Part shown: one piece after another, positions 25,968-35,562 of the stretch
Numbering within the stretch: position 1 is the first letter of the stretch
Layout of the letters: each line of letters begins with the position of its first letter
Sequence record: OR896832.1
DNA from: Escherichia phage GoldenSnicker
DNA length: 64,000 bases
Reading direction: 5' to 3' (one strand)
The notes under the pieces: model-generated
What the model was told of the DNA's origin: nothing
The model's database searches: none
The model's input: the letters and a program-made list of their open reading frames with translations, nothing else
Made by a program: the position numbers and the translations under genes

Positions 25968-27380
25968 TTAGAAAGTCATGTTATTTGCTAGCTCGTCGAG
26001 TTTTTCTCGTTTCTCGGCTTGCTGTGCGCTTTGTGGTTTAACTTGTGCATTCTCCTGATCTGCGATCTGGTTTGGTACTTCATACCAACGCTGATTGCCT
26101 TTTTTCACACCAACGTTAAACCGTGAATAATAGTTCTTATCACCGTAACGAGACTTGATCTGCTTCATGAGTTGGACGCCCATTTTAGCCAGGTCTTCGG
26201 TTTCGATAACACCCAACATAAAGTCGGCAGTAGCCGGAAGACCTGCTGATTCAGCGGTATCACTCATGTTAAGGTCGGAAGCATCCCAACCCGCGCGGGT
26301 AGTCTGTGCCGCAGTCCAACCAACAACATCCCACTTAACAAAAAATCCTCGCAGTTCTTCCGCAATCGCCTTAACTAGTGTGTAACTATTTTCAGAGTAT
26401 ACACGCAAGCGAGACGATGCGCAAATCCCCAGATAGTCAACAATCACAACATCAGGTTTAAACTGTTTCTTGAGTCGCAATTCATTCATTAACGCCTCAA
26501 AGTGATTGGAGTTCGCGCCACCAGTCGGATACTGCTTGATCATCAATTTTCCAACCGGACGATCTCCGATCTTCTTATTCTTAACACGCTTCATACGTGC
26601 GGAATATTCCGCAAAAGAAACATTACCATTATCCAATTCATCTAATGTAATGTCAAGCAAGTTTGCGTCGATACGTTTGGCTACGACATGCTCTGCCATC
26701 TCCATTGAGATATACAATACATCATAACCACATTCCATATAATCCGCAGCAAGAGAACATAATCCAAGCGATTTACCAACATTTACACCAGCAAGCAACA
26801 CATTTAGCGTTTTTCTTTCCGCACCTCCTTTCGTGATTTTATTCAACATCGGCAGCTTAAACGGGATCTTATTCGCCTTAGTCTGATATAGCAAGAATCG
26901 TTTTTCAAAGTCATTAAACCAGTCATGACCTACATCAGAATCAAACGTAATGGATAGTGCTTCCTGCATGATCTCAGGAATAGCACCCTCACTCGGCAAT
27001 TTCTTATTCTGTTTCTCTTTTGGTAGTTGTGCGTTCGCCTGAATCTCTAGCGCCCGTGACATTGCATTATACATGGCACGGTCACGAATAAATTTTTCGG
27101 TTTCCTTCATTAACCAATCAAGGTCTTCCGGTGTATTCTCAAGCGAATCAAGAAGAGTTTTAGCCCCTTCATATGTTGTCTGATTGCCTCTCTCCTTGTC
27201 TAAAGCAATCTGTAATGCAGTTGGCGTAGGAATGTTGGAATATTCGTCTACGTGCTTTTTAATCAGCTTATAAATCAGTTTTTCTTCGTCTTCGGTGAAG
27301 TAGTCCGCTTTAAGGTGAGGCCATACATTCGTAAAGAATGCGCCATTGTAAATCAACTGTGAAAAGATAGTTTTAATCAT
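25968..27380 (-). CDS. 41: replicative DNA helicase gp41 (DnaB-like)
   Basis: 470 aa; Walker A LLAGVNVGKS; RecA-like C-terminal domain; position between 61 and uvsX. Confidence 0.9.
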   Translation of the reverse strand: MIKTIFSQLIYNGAFFTNVWPHLKADYFTEDEEKLIYKLIKKHVDEYSNIPTPTALQIALDKERGNQTTYEGAKTLLDSLENTPEDLDWLMKETEKFIRDRAMYNAMSRALEIQANAQLPKEKQNKKLPSEGAIPEIMQEALSITFDSDVGHDWFNDFEKRFLLYQTKANKIPFKLPMLNKITKGGAERKTLNVLLAGVNVGKSLGLCSLAADYMECGYDVLYISMEMAEHVVAKRIDANLLDITLDELDNGNVSFAEYSARMKRVKNKKIGDRPVGKLMIKQYPTGGANSNHFEALMNELRLKKQFKPDVVIVDYLGICASSRLRVYSENSYTLVKAIAEELRGFFVKWDVVGWTAAQTTRAGWDASDLNMSDTAESAGLPATADFMLGVIETEDLAKMGVQLMKQIKSRYGDKNYYSRFNVGVKKGNQRWYEVPNQIADQENAQVKPQSAQQAEKREKLDELANNMTF

Positions 27381-27694
27381 ACATAGCCCCCAACTACACG
27401 CATAACAAAGGTCTTGAGTTTATACCAGAAAGTTTCTTTTTTCAACTTTTCTTCTGCTTCTTTGATCTGCGCGGTTAACGCCTTAATGACGTGTGGATAT
27501 ACCACATCACGATCTGACGGCGTGGAGTAGTCGACCACAATACCTTTAGTGTCTGGATCGTATTCAACATTATGAATATAGACAATATGATGCTCTCCCT
27601 CTTCATCAACAATTATCAATTCCTGAATAACTGTCTTCATTGCTTCTTGAATCAAGCCGTGTGCTTCTTCTAAACTTGTTGGTTTCTTATCCAT
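27377..27694 (-). CDS. hypothetical protein (105 aa), in the position of T4 gene 40
   Basis: Track ORF; conserved leader GAGAGGATTATATT ATG; overlaps gene 41 start. Confidence 0.45.
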   Translation of the reverse strand: MDKKPTSLEEAHGLIQEAMKTVIQELIIVDEEGEHHIVYIHNVEYDPDTKGIVVDYSTPSDRDVVYPHVIKALTAQIKEAEEKLKKETFWYKLKTFVMRVVGGYV

Positions 27695-27714
27695 AATATA
27701 ATCCTCTCTAGATA

Positions 27715-27740
27715 TGAAAAAGGGGCACGTAGCCCCTTTA
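27715..27740 (-). terminator. rho-independent terminator after uvsX
   Basis: Minus-strand AAAGGGGCTACGTGCCCCTTTTTC. Confidence 0.7.
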
Positions 27741-27749
27741 CTACCATTG

Positions 27750-28820
27750 TTATGCTAACATATCTTCGATTTCTTTGTCAACTGCTTCGTCGCTGATCAC
27801 TTGCCCCAGCTTATAATGATCGTTGATTGCTTCGTTAAACTTATCGTTTGTCAGAAGCGGTTTCCAGAACTCAATGCTATTGGTTTCTTTAGCACGGAAC
27901 TTGCGTTCTTCGGTTTCCATCTCTCCGGTCTCAGTATTCAGGATTGAACGAGAATACCAGCCGTTTGACGGTTTCACTACCCAACCTAACTCTACAGCCA
28001 ACTCCAGCAAACCGGAATAAGGATCGATGCCACCGCTAAATGTTACGCTAATCGGGAACTTAGATTTTTCTTTAACGGTTCGTGATTTTTCCGCATTCAG
28101 GATAAAATCATAACCAGTAATTTCGGTTCCTTCTTTCTGCTGACGACGACCAATAATGAAAACTTCATTGGCTGAATACATCGCGCCCGTACCGCCGGAC
28201 ATAACGGTCTTACTAAACATTTCTTGTGTTTCGTAAGTGTGGTTAATAGCGATGCACGGGATATCATTCATAGTCAGATATGGCGTCACCATACGGAACA
28301 AGCCTTTAAGTGCTTTAGCTCGCGTCATATCCTGTGCAGATTTCTCATTAATCGCGTCTTCAACTTCTTTTTTACTTGCTAAGTTACCGATTGAGTCAAT
28401 AAAGATGATCACTTTATCTTCACGGGTAATTTGCTCAAGCTGGTTCATGATTTCAAATTTAAGTTCTTCGATGTTCTTGATTGGAACATGCACCACGCGA
28501 TCAGGGTCTACACCCATAGACTCCAGATATGCGGAAGTAATACCAAACTCAGAATCAAAGAACAAGCACGCCGCATCAGGATTCTGTTTCATGTATGCAC
28601 TAACGCAAGTTAATCCCATGTTTGATTTAAAGTGCTTAGACGGACCAGCAAAGAAAATCAGACCAGATTGAAAGCCTTTTTTAAGATCACCTGAAAACGC
28701 AATATTCAGCATCGGGATCTTAGTGCGAGTATTTGTTTTTTCGTTAAAGAAGCTGGATTTAGACAGTACCGCAGTAGTTTTCAGGGTAGAGTTCTTTTTC
28801 AGTTTTTCCAGTACAGACAT
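27750..28820 (-). CDS. uvsX: UvsX recombinase (RecA/Rad51-like)
   Basis: 356 aa; RecA-fold motifs (..IFFAGPSKHFKSN.., ..VIIFIDSIGNL..); position as T4 uvsX. Confidence 0.88.
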   Translation of the reverse strand: MSVLEKLKKNSTLKTTAVLSKSSFFNEKTNTRTKIPMLNIAFSGDLKKGFQSGLIFFAGPSKHFKSNMGLTCVSAYMKQNPDAACLFFDSEFGITSAYLESMGVDPDRVVHVPIKNIEELKFEIMNQLEQITREDKVIIFIDSIGNLASKKEVEDAINEKSAQDMTRAKALKGLFRMVTPYLTMNDIPCIAINHTYETQEMFSKTVMSGGTGAMYSANEVFIIGRRQQKEGTEITGYDFILNAEKSRTVKEKSKFPISVTFSGGIDPYSGLLELAVELGWVVKPSNGWYSRSILNTETGEMETEERKFRAKETNSIEFWKPLLTNDKFNEAINDHYKLGQVISDEAVDKEIEDMLA

Positions 28821-28831
28821 TATTAATACCT

Positions 28832-29020
28832 CTATTCAGTTAATCCGTAATACTTTAATTGCTTCATTGTTATTCGATCTTTGTAGTGCTCTTGAATTAA
28901 CTTTTTCATCGCATCAACATCGATCGTCACAAATACTTCGTTGCTGTGATTTCCGTGAACTTTCTTGAAATGCTCTATGCCTTCCTCACGTTCACGTTTA
29001 ATCTTTTCAATGTCTCTCAT
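28832..29020 (-). CDS. hypothetical protein (62 aa)
   Basis: Track ORF trimmed to first ATG; only gene between gp43 and uvsX. Confidence 0.45.
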   Translation of the reverse strand: MRDIEKIKREREEGIEHFKKVHGNHSNEVFVTIDVDAMKKLIQEHYKDRITMKQLKYYGLTE

Positions 29021-29064
29021 CGTATATTTCTCACGTTGGCGGGTATCGTCACCCAACACCCGCC

Positions 29065-29092
29065 ATTATACACACTTTATCTTAAATGTCAA
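29065..29092 (-). promoter_or_regulatory. sigma70-type promoter (TTGACA-16-TATAAT) overlapping 3' end of gene 43
   Basis: Minus-strand TTGACATTTAAGATAAAGTGTGTATAAT; -35 lies within last codons of gene 43; followed by GGCGGGT..ACCCGCC stem-loop. Confidence 0.55.
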
Positions 29093-31760
29093 ACAGGTCA
29101 GTCAGAGAAGCAACTTTCTCATATTGCAGCTTTGCAGCCGTGGTAATGTTCTCCAGTGGTTTGACGAAAGTCTTATTAAACAACAAAGGCCAGTCTAACC
29201 ACTTTAACACCTCTGATTCAATTTCTGGTGGAATACGAGTACCGGACAACCAACCAAAACAGATTTCTCCAAACGGATTTCGATCTTTCAGCGGTACAAT
29301 CATAACCTTCTCGCCCTCACGAATCGGATCTAGTCCAAATTTTCGAGCATTACGATTATAACACAATACACTCTTAACCGCATACGGACAACCCTTAATC
29401 GGATACCCGTTTGAATCGCTGTATTTCTGTAGGTTGTTTGCAGATGATACCGCAGCAACATCAAGATAGTCAAGTTTTCTAAATTCTTGCTCAAAAATAC
29501 CGTAGTATTCCTGCAATGACTCTTCCCCTTCCTGCAACATACGGCGAATACATTCTTTCAGTGATTTCTGACATGCTTTAGGGGTGGAGCTACGTTGCGT
29601 TTCCAAGCCCATGATTTTTAGCTTAGGTTCAGCAAAGCGCGTTCCTTCCATATCCCAAACATTAAGAGCATAACGTTTTTTGCCAGTCCAGAATCCACCG
29701 ATACCCGCAGATTTCAACGGAGGACCAGCAATTGCCTCGCGGTCCATAAACATCAAGTGCTCATAGTTGTTCATGTACTCGCATAACTCGCGATATCCCT
29801 TGTCGATAATAGGTTCCATTCGATGTTTACCGAAATTATCAAGGAAGTCAACAAGTTTTTCGGTATCGTCGAAACGGTCTTCCCCGCCAACCTTATCAAC
29901 AACATTGTTAACCAGCACATAAACGGAGTCAGTATCACAATAACGAACATATGCAAAATCGGTTGTTCCGCAAAGCTCGTTTAAGTATTCGTTAATCTTA
30001 CGCTCAATCCACTGAATTGCAAGCTGACCAAACAAGGTGATCGCACTAGCGTTACGGAGATCATAAAAACGGAATTTAGGATTCCCCAACGCACCATAAA
30101 GGGAGTTGATCAAAACTTTACGAGAAAGCTGGTTTGTATTGCACAAGATCGACTCGTCTTTACATTCTTCCAGCAATTTCTCTAAGGCATCTTTACTTAA
30201 TTCAGAAAGCATCGATTTAAACGCTTCATCAAAGTCGTGACGCACTTCAACGCTATAGCTAATGGTCCCCCCATAAACATGATTTTCATCGTGTAGAATC
30301 GCTTTACATAGTTCAGCATTGCGATCACATGCCAACATCATGTTTTTGTACTGCTTACGCTGATCGAATACCTTTTTAATCTCAATCGGTACGATACCAT
30401 GAATATCTTTTCGATACATCCATCCGTTAGGCGAGCAAGAATACTCATCACTCGGACGTGGTGCAGTTTTATTGATATACTCGTGCATCGGTGCAGCATC
30501 AAAAGATCCGGCGATTGTTTCCGGCGAAATATTAACCTGTCGAATAATAGATGGATACAGACTTGTTAAGTCAAAGCTCATCATCCAACGGTAAGCATTA
30601 GGTACTGGCTCTTTTACAAATGCGCCCGGATAAGTCTGCTTAGGCTGTATCTTGTTCTCCGGTACTACTTTACCCTCAGCTTTCAGAGATCCGAAAATAA
30701 TAGCATCCCATACTTTCATCGGGTTATAAACATGGTTAAATTTAATCTTTGCATAGAAACATAGACTATACACAAGATCGATAAATCCACGCTTTTTATC
30801 AATCGCCAGCACACGATCAACGTCGCCGATGTTATAATCGATGTAAAGTTGATGGTTATCATCACGCAATTTCTTTAACGGACCATCATAATCAACCTTA
30901 CCGATTCCTGTCTCATATTCAGCAACATAATCTAATGCATATGTTGGTTGAGTAGTAAAGCTAAATTTCTTGTACAGGTCAATATAATCAAGGCTTTCGA
31001 TCCCCATGATCGTAAATGCTTCACGCTCGTTGCCAAAATCATCCTGTGAGATTCGGGATTTAATCTTACCGCACGGGCTTAGACGGTTAGCGGTTCTACT
31101 TCCGAACTTATTGCTGATACGTTTAATGATATATGGAATATCGAATGTTTCTGTGTTCCAGCCAGTGAAACCAACTGGTCGGTTTTCCTCAAAGAATCGG
31201 ATGTATTCTAACAGCAATTCATCTTCTGTGTCATAGACGTTATAAACAACGCGCTCTACAATATCAGGTCGAAGAATAGACTTGCTTGCTTCCCAGATTT
31301 CACCGTTTTTTCCTTTCAAATCAAATACAAAGAAACGATCATGTACGGAATCATAATGCGTAATTGCATCGATAGGATATTTCGCTTCTTCTGGTTTAGG
31401 AAATTCCGGTGCAGTGACCTCGATATCAACCCATGCTACACGGATTTTATTTCGGTCATATCGAATCTCGCCTTTATATGTATCGGACAGATAGGAGATG
31501 ATAAAATCATCCATCCCTAGTGCCTCCTGCCCCATTTCTCCCATCTTTTTACGCCATTTGTTGGCCTCGTTCATAGATGGGAATTTTTTAGCAATGCAAG
31601 GCTTGCCGTAGATATCTTTATAATTCGTAACCATACCAGGCGCGGCATGATGAAATAAAGTTGGCGTATATTCAACGTAACGCTCTTGTTCTTGTCCAGC
31701 ATCATCAATATAACGCTCGTAGATCTTATCACCCACTCGCTCACATGACAGAAAATACAT
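29082..31760 (-). CDS. 43: DNA polymerase gp43 (family B)
   Basis: 892 aa from ATG preceded by GAAGGAG; exo and pol motifs (..YCDTDS..); position between uvsX and regA. Confidence 0.92.
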   Translation of the reverse strand: MYFLSCERVGDKIYERYIDDAGQEQERYVEYTPTLFHHAAPGMVTNYKDIYGKPCIAKKFPSMNEANKWRKKMGEMGQEALGMDDFIISYLSDTYKGEIRYDRNKIRVAWVDIEVTAPEFPKPEEAKYPIDAITHYDSVHDRFFVFDLKGKNGEIWEASKSILRPDIVERVVYNVYDTEDELLLEYIRFFEENRPVGFTGWNTETFDIPYIIKRISNKFGSRTANRLSPCGKIKSRISQDDFGNEREAFTIMGIESLDYIDLYKKFSFTTQPTYALDYVAEYETGIGKVDYDGPLKKLRDDNHQLYIDYNIGDVDRVLAIDKKRGFIDLVYSLCFYAKIKFNHVYNPMKVWDAIIFGSLKAEGKVVPENKIQPKQTYPGAFVKEPVPNAYRWMMSFDLTSLYPSIIRQVNISPETIAGSFDAAPMHEYINKTAPRPSDEYSCSPNGWMYRKDIHGIVPIEIKKVFDQRKQYKNMMLACDRNAELCKAILHDENHVYGGTISYSVEVRHDFDEAFKSMLSELSKDALEKLLEECKDESILCNTNQLSRKVLINSLYGALGNPKFRFYDLRNASAITLFGQLAIQWIERKINEYLNELCGTTDFAYVRYCDTDSVYVLVNNVVDKVGGEDRFDDTEKLVDFLDNFGKHRMEPIIDKGYRELCEYMNNYEHLMFMDREAIAGPPLKSAGIGGFWTGKKRYALNVWDMEGTRFAEPKLKIMGLETQRSSTPKACQKSLKECIRRMLQEGEESLQEYYGIFEQEFRKLDYLDVAAVSSANNLQKYSDSNGYPIKGCPYAVKSVLCYNRNARKFGLDPIREGEKVMIVPLKDRNPFGEICFGWLSGTRIPPEIESEVLKWLDWPLLFNKTFVKPLENITTAAKLQYEKVASLTDLFDI

Positions 31761-31792
31761 AATATAAACTCCTTCACTTACGAAAGACACTC

Positions 31793-31821
31793 ATTATAGG
31801 GGAATCGACTTAGTTTGTCAA
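31793..31821 (-). promoter_or_regulatory. sigma70-type promoter (TTGACA-17-TATAAT) for gene 43, flanked by inverted repeat ATAGGGG/CCCCTAT
   Basis: Minus-strand GGGATAGGGGTATTGACAAACTAAGTCGATTCCCCTATAAT. Confidence 0.6.
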
Positions 31822-31842
31822 TACCCCTATCCCATCAGTATC

Positions 31843-32205
31843 TTAGCGTCCGATCTGATATTTCTCGATCAGAGTCCACTCTTCTTTCTGTTTGAAAGAC
31901 AGTACACGGAAATTATTAACTTCGGTAGTTTCAAAATCACTATCAATCAGGGTACACAGATTCCACTGCGCCAGAAGTTTTGCAATGTTATTACGGCGTA
32001 ATTCATCTTCCCACGTCATTTTAACACTACGACCATCTAATTTCAACAACTCCTTGAAATGAACGATGTAATAGCGCCCTTTCTTCTGGAGAATATGACA
32101 AGACTGATACAGTGTCTTGTCTCGATTGTTGGCAATGCCGCAGCGGGTTAAAGTCTCCTTAATTTTAAGGAAGTTTTCAGGACTAATCAAATTAATTTCA
32201 ATCAT
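31843..32205 (-). CDS. regA: translational repressor RegA
   Basis: 120 aa; MIEINLISPENFLKIKETLTRCGIANNRDKTLYQSCHILQKKGRYYIVHFKE closely matches T4 RegA. Confidence 0.9.
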   Translation of the reverse strand: MIEINLISPENFLKIKETLTRCGIANNRDKTLYQSCHILQKKGRYYIVHFKELLKLDGRSVKMTWEDELRRNNIAKLLAQWNLCTLIDSDFETTEVNNFRVLSFKQKEEWTLIEKYQIGR

Positions 32206-32206
32206 T

Positions 32207-32785
32207 TTACCACCTTTCTATAATCTTTTTAAGTCGTTTCCTTTCTGTCTGATTCTTCGTAACACCCGCCAAAAGTTCATCGGTCGCATACGGTTTAATG
32301 TGCTTCAATAACTTGTCCATATATCCCTTTTCATTAGCCAAATCGAGATAAAACCGGGCGTCATCCATATTTACACAATATGCTTTCGCCACTGCCATTA
32401 AAACCAATTTTTGGTCCAATTCTTCTGTTAGTTTAGCCCATTTACCGTATCGTTTCCCCTTAGAAATACTCTGTAAGAGATAATCAAAATGCATTTGATC
32501 TGGGAGGCCATGACCGATTAAATTCATCACATACGCGCTATATAGACAATCTGCGTGCTGCGAAAGAGCGGTATTAATCCATCTCTGATTGTATGCAGAA
32601 TTGTTTCCCACATTAACGCGCTGTTTATCTAAGGTGATATGATCCATCAGAGCAAATAATGCATTGTCGGTTTTCTCGGTGAATGTATCCGCTAATTCAG
32701 ACACTTTTTCCCAATCACGAGAGCGCCATGCAATTTCATGCTCGTTTAATTGTGTATCATCTTCACCGAAAAATTGACCTAACAT
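32207..32785 (-). CDS. 62: clamp loader small subunit gp62
   Basis: 192 aa; size and position between regA and gene 44 as in T4. Confidence 0.75.
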   Translation of the reverse strand: MLGQFFGEDDTQLNEHEIAWRSRDWEKVSELADTFTEKTDNALFALMDHITLDKQRVNVGNNSAYNQRWINTALSQHADCLYSAYVMNLIGHGLPDQMHFDYLLQSISKGKRYGKWAKLTEELDQKLVLMAVAKAYCVNMDDARFYLDLANEKGYMDKLLKHIKPYATDELLAGVTKNQTERKRLKKIIERW

Positions 32786-33759
32786 TATACGAACTCCAAT
32801 TCAACCATTAATTGCATTAACAAAAAGACAATGTGAATCTCTTTATCAGCCGCGTGCGCAAACATCTGATTATTTTCACCGATAATCTCAGTGAGACGAA
32901 TAATAGACGCTGGCTTAACTTGAGTATACAACTCATTATAAAGTTTCTTGACAAATTGAGCGTATGTATTGGTATAGCGTGGTGCGAGTTTACGCACATT
33001 AGCAAACTGTTTAGTTTTAAGTGCTTCCACCACATCGGTTACTTCGGTATTGCTACTTTCGATAACCATGCTCAATACGCCAGCATCAATTTTACCATGT
33101 TTAGCGTAGCGGTCCAAAAGTTTCATTACGCGTCGGAAGTCTGGGAAGTTCTGCTTAACCAGTTCCGCCAATACGCGCATTTCTTCTACTGGCACACCTT
33201 CTTTATCAAGAATTGCTTTACACCGGACGATCATTTCTTTCATCATGCGAAGCTGATCATCTTTAGTAGGAGATCCAAACGTGATGGGATCAAATCGAGA
33301 TCGTAACGCTGGGATAATACCTTCTAGATCGTTTGCTGTGATAATGAATGTCACGTTGTTTGAGTATGCCTCAGAGAAACTACGCAAGTGTCTTTGAGCG
33401 TCAGCCAAACCCGCTCGGTCATACTCATCGATAATAACAACTTTGCCTTTTTCTCGTTTTTCTTCATCAAGTGATACACTCTGCGCAAAGCGTGTAATCT
33501 CATCGCGGATAAAATCAATCTTACAATCTGCGCCGTTAACAAACAGATAATCGACACCCACATCTTCGCAAAGCGCCTTAGCAACGGTTGTTTTACCAGT
33601 ACCCGGCGATGGGCTATGCAGAATCATTGAAGGGATTCGGCCTTGCTTAACAATCTGCGCGAAGATCTTTTTATCTGCTTCCGGCAGAATACATTCAGAA
33701 ATTGATTTCGGACGGTATTTCTGTTCCCACTGAAACTCATTTTCATTAACACTCAGCAT
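32785..33759 (-). CDS. 44: clamp loader large subunit gp44 (AAA+)
   Basis: Start at ATG after GAGGTGAT RBS; EQKYRPKSISECILP and Walker A GTGKTT as in T4 gp44. Confidence 0.88.
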   Translation of the reverse strand: MLSVNENEFQWEQKYRPKSISECILPEADKKIFAQIVKQGRIPSMILHSPSPGTGKTTVAKALCEDVGVDYLFVNGADCKIDFIRDEITRFAQSVSLDEEKREKGKVVIIDEYDRAGLADAQRHLRSFSEAYSNNVTFIITANDLEGIIPALRSRFDPITFGSPTKDDQLRMMKEMIVRCKAILDKEGVPVEEMRVLAELVKQNFPDFRRVMKLLDRYAKHGKIDAGVLSMVIESSNTEVTDVVEALKTKQFANVRKLAPRYTNTYAQFVKKLYNELYTQVKPASIIRLTEIIGENNQMFAHAADKEIHIVFLLMQLMVELEFV

Positions 33760-33785
33760 ATAATCACCTCTCACAAATTACATCA

Positions 33786-33812
33786 TTAAAACGGGGAGTA
33801 TTTACACTCCCC
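33786..33812 (-). terminator. rho-independent terminator/attenuator between genes 45 and 44
   Basis: Minus-strand GGGGAGTGTAAATACTCCCCGTTTTAAT. Confidence 0.6.
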
Positions 33813-33824
33813 ACAAACATTATA

Positions 33825-34511
33825 TTAGTCGGTGTAGCTGGAGTCAAGGTCACACGCGATCATATAAGATACGGTTTCACTTGCCAGCCATACAGCCTTA
33901 CGGCGAGTGAAGCTCAGTTTGTAATCGCCAAAGTCAGTAGCAACCAGTTTCATGTTATCTTTACGAATAAAGAAATGGAAGTCTGCGGTTCCGGTATATT
34001 CGCCCATATCAAGACAAAACATCTCATTAGGATTATTTTTGTCAATCTCTTCCCAACCTTTGATCATCAGACGACCATCAATCGGAAGAAATTCAAGGCG
34101 GTCCACTTTAAGCTGATTGCTCATTTTCATAAGCTGTTTCAGATCGTCGTTGCTCAGTTCGTAATCTACATCGCTTGCAGGTGGAGTAACTCGGCCTTTC
34201 GGTGATACGATAGCAGCAGCACTAGCACCAGGATAATTAATTTTCAGACGATCATTAGACACACGAATGTTACCAGTGCGGTTATCAACCGTAATATCTG
34301 CTTCATCGCCTACCAGATTCAGAATACCCAAGAAAGAGTTAAGATCATAGATCCCAATTTCGTGTTCCAGTTCTTGATTCAGAGTCGCTTCACCATATAC
34401 AACGTTTGTCATGTTTTTGGTGATCAGGACGTTTCCTTTTTTCAGGATGATACCTGGGTTAATAGCGGAAAAGTTTTTCAGGGTAGCAATGGTTTCTTTA
34501 GTCAGTTTCAT
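33825..34511 (-). CDS. 45: sliding clamp gp45
   Basis: 228 aa from second Met; MKLTKETIATLKNFSAINPGIIL matches T4 gp45 N-terminus. Confidence 0.9.
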   Translation of the reverse strand: MKLTKETIATLKNFSAINPGIILKKGNVLITKNMTNVVYGEATLNQELEHEIGIYDLNSFLGILNLVGDEADITVDNRTGNIRVSNDRLKINYPGASAAAIVSPKGRVTPPASDVDYELSNDDLKQLMKMSNQLKVDRLEFLPIDGRLMIKGWEEIDKNNPNEMFCLDMGEYTGTADFHFFIRKDNMKLVATDFGDYKLSFTRRKAVWLASETVSYMIACDLDSSYTD

Positions 34512-34541
34512 CAAATCACCTTTATCATGTTAATCAATTAA

Positions 34542-34940
34542 TTACGGGTTTACTTCGTGCTCATTTTGAATCTTTAGCATTCTTTCGATAAATTTTTTCT
34601 CGGCTTCCTTATCGGATGAGTGAGTATACTTCAATCCAATGTAAGCTGTCAAGTATTGTTGCAGAGCATAGACAGTAACAGGATTCTTTGCGGTCTTTTT
34701 TCCGTCGAGATATACCAGATCACCACGAACATCAAACGCAAGTTTACGACGAATCACATCATCAACAAATTTATCTAGGACAAAATACCACTCAATACAC
34801 TCTATCCCGTGACGGTAGTTCATTACATCATTATCTTTGATATAGTCAAACGGAATATGACATAATTTACTATTTTGTAGGATGAATAGCATTTGTTCTT
34901 TTAAGCTCATACGTTTCATTCTATCACTTCCCATCAGCAA
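34542..34940 (-). CDS. hypothetical protein (132 aa); RpbA candidate by synteny
   Basis: Track ORF immediately upstream of gene 45. Confidence 0.45.
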   Translation of the reverse strand: MLMGSDRMKRMSLKEQMLFILQNSKLCHIPFDYIKDNDVMNYRHGIECIEWYFVLDKFVDDVIRRKLAFDVRGDLVYLDGKKTAKNPVTVYALQQYLTAYIGLKYTHSSDKEAEKKFIERMLKIQNEHEVNP

Positions 34941-35316
34941 TTGCGATCAGACGAGTTACTACTACGCTAGCGGCTTCAATCAGCAGTTCATCAGTGTCAA
35001 TCTGATAACCCTTTTCGAGAATATCTTTACCTCGAATAGTTTTAGCACCTTTAGCAATTGAATCATCGTAATACTTGCGCATTGCCGCGATCCATTCTTT
35101 TTGCACCATATCATCAATATGCGCGTACAGTTCAAAGCGTGCTTGCTGCGGGATAACCTTCATTTTAGCTTTCTCGCTTTCTGGCATTTGTAGTACCCAC
35201 GCTTTACGGATCTTGTTCATTGCTCGGTCAAATTCGAGACTGGTTTTCTTGTTCTGAATGTCTGCTACAGTAATTTTAGCCAGGTTTGCGGAAGTAGTCA
35301 TAATATTAATCTCCAA
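34924..35316 (-). CDS. hypothetical protein (130 aa); alternative RpbA candidate
   Basis: Track ORF between gene 46 and 45. Confidence 0.45.
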   Translation of the reverse strand: MEINIMTTSANLAKITVADIQNKKTSLEFDRAMNKIRKAWVLQMPESEKAKMKVIPQQARFELYAHIDDMVQKEWIAAMRKYYDDSIAKGAKTIRGKDILEKGYQIDTDELLIEAASVVVTRLIAIADGK

Positions 35317-35331
35317 AATAAAATCAGTATA

Positions 35332-35562
35332 TCACGTTCTAAAGTTTGTTGCAACCCCAGCATCAGGGTAATCAAGTTTATCAAAGTTGGGGACCAGCAT
35401 AAACTCATGATGACGGCAAGACAACATTTTTGTTATGTCTTCATCGCTGTATATGCTGTTTTTCATATCCCCCATACTAACTACATATTCTTCACCGGAA
35501 TATAGATTGATTAAGGTATACAATTCTAACTCCGGCTGCGTTACTCTGTCAAATGTTAACAT
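35332..35562 (-). CDS. hypothetical protein (76 aa)
   Basis: Track ORF overlapping gene 46 stop. Confidence 0.45.
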   Translation of the reverse strand: MLTFDRVTQPELELYTLINLYSGEEYVVSMGDMKNSIYSDEDITKMLSCRHHEFMLVPNFDKLDYPDAGVATNFRT

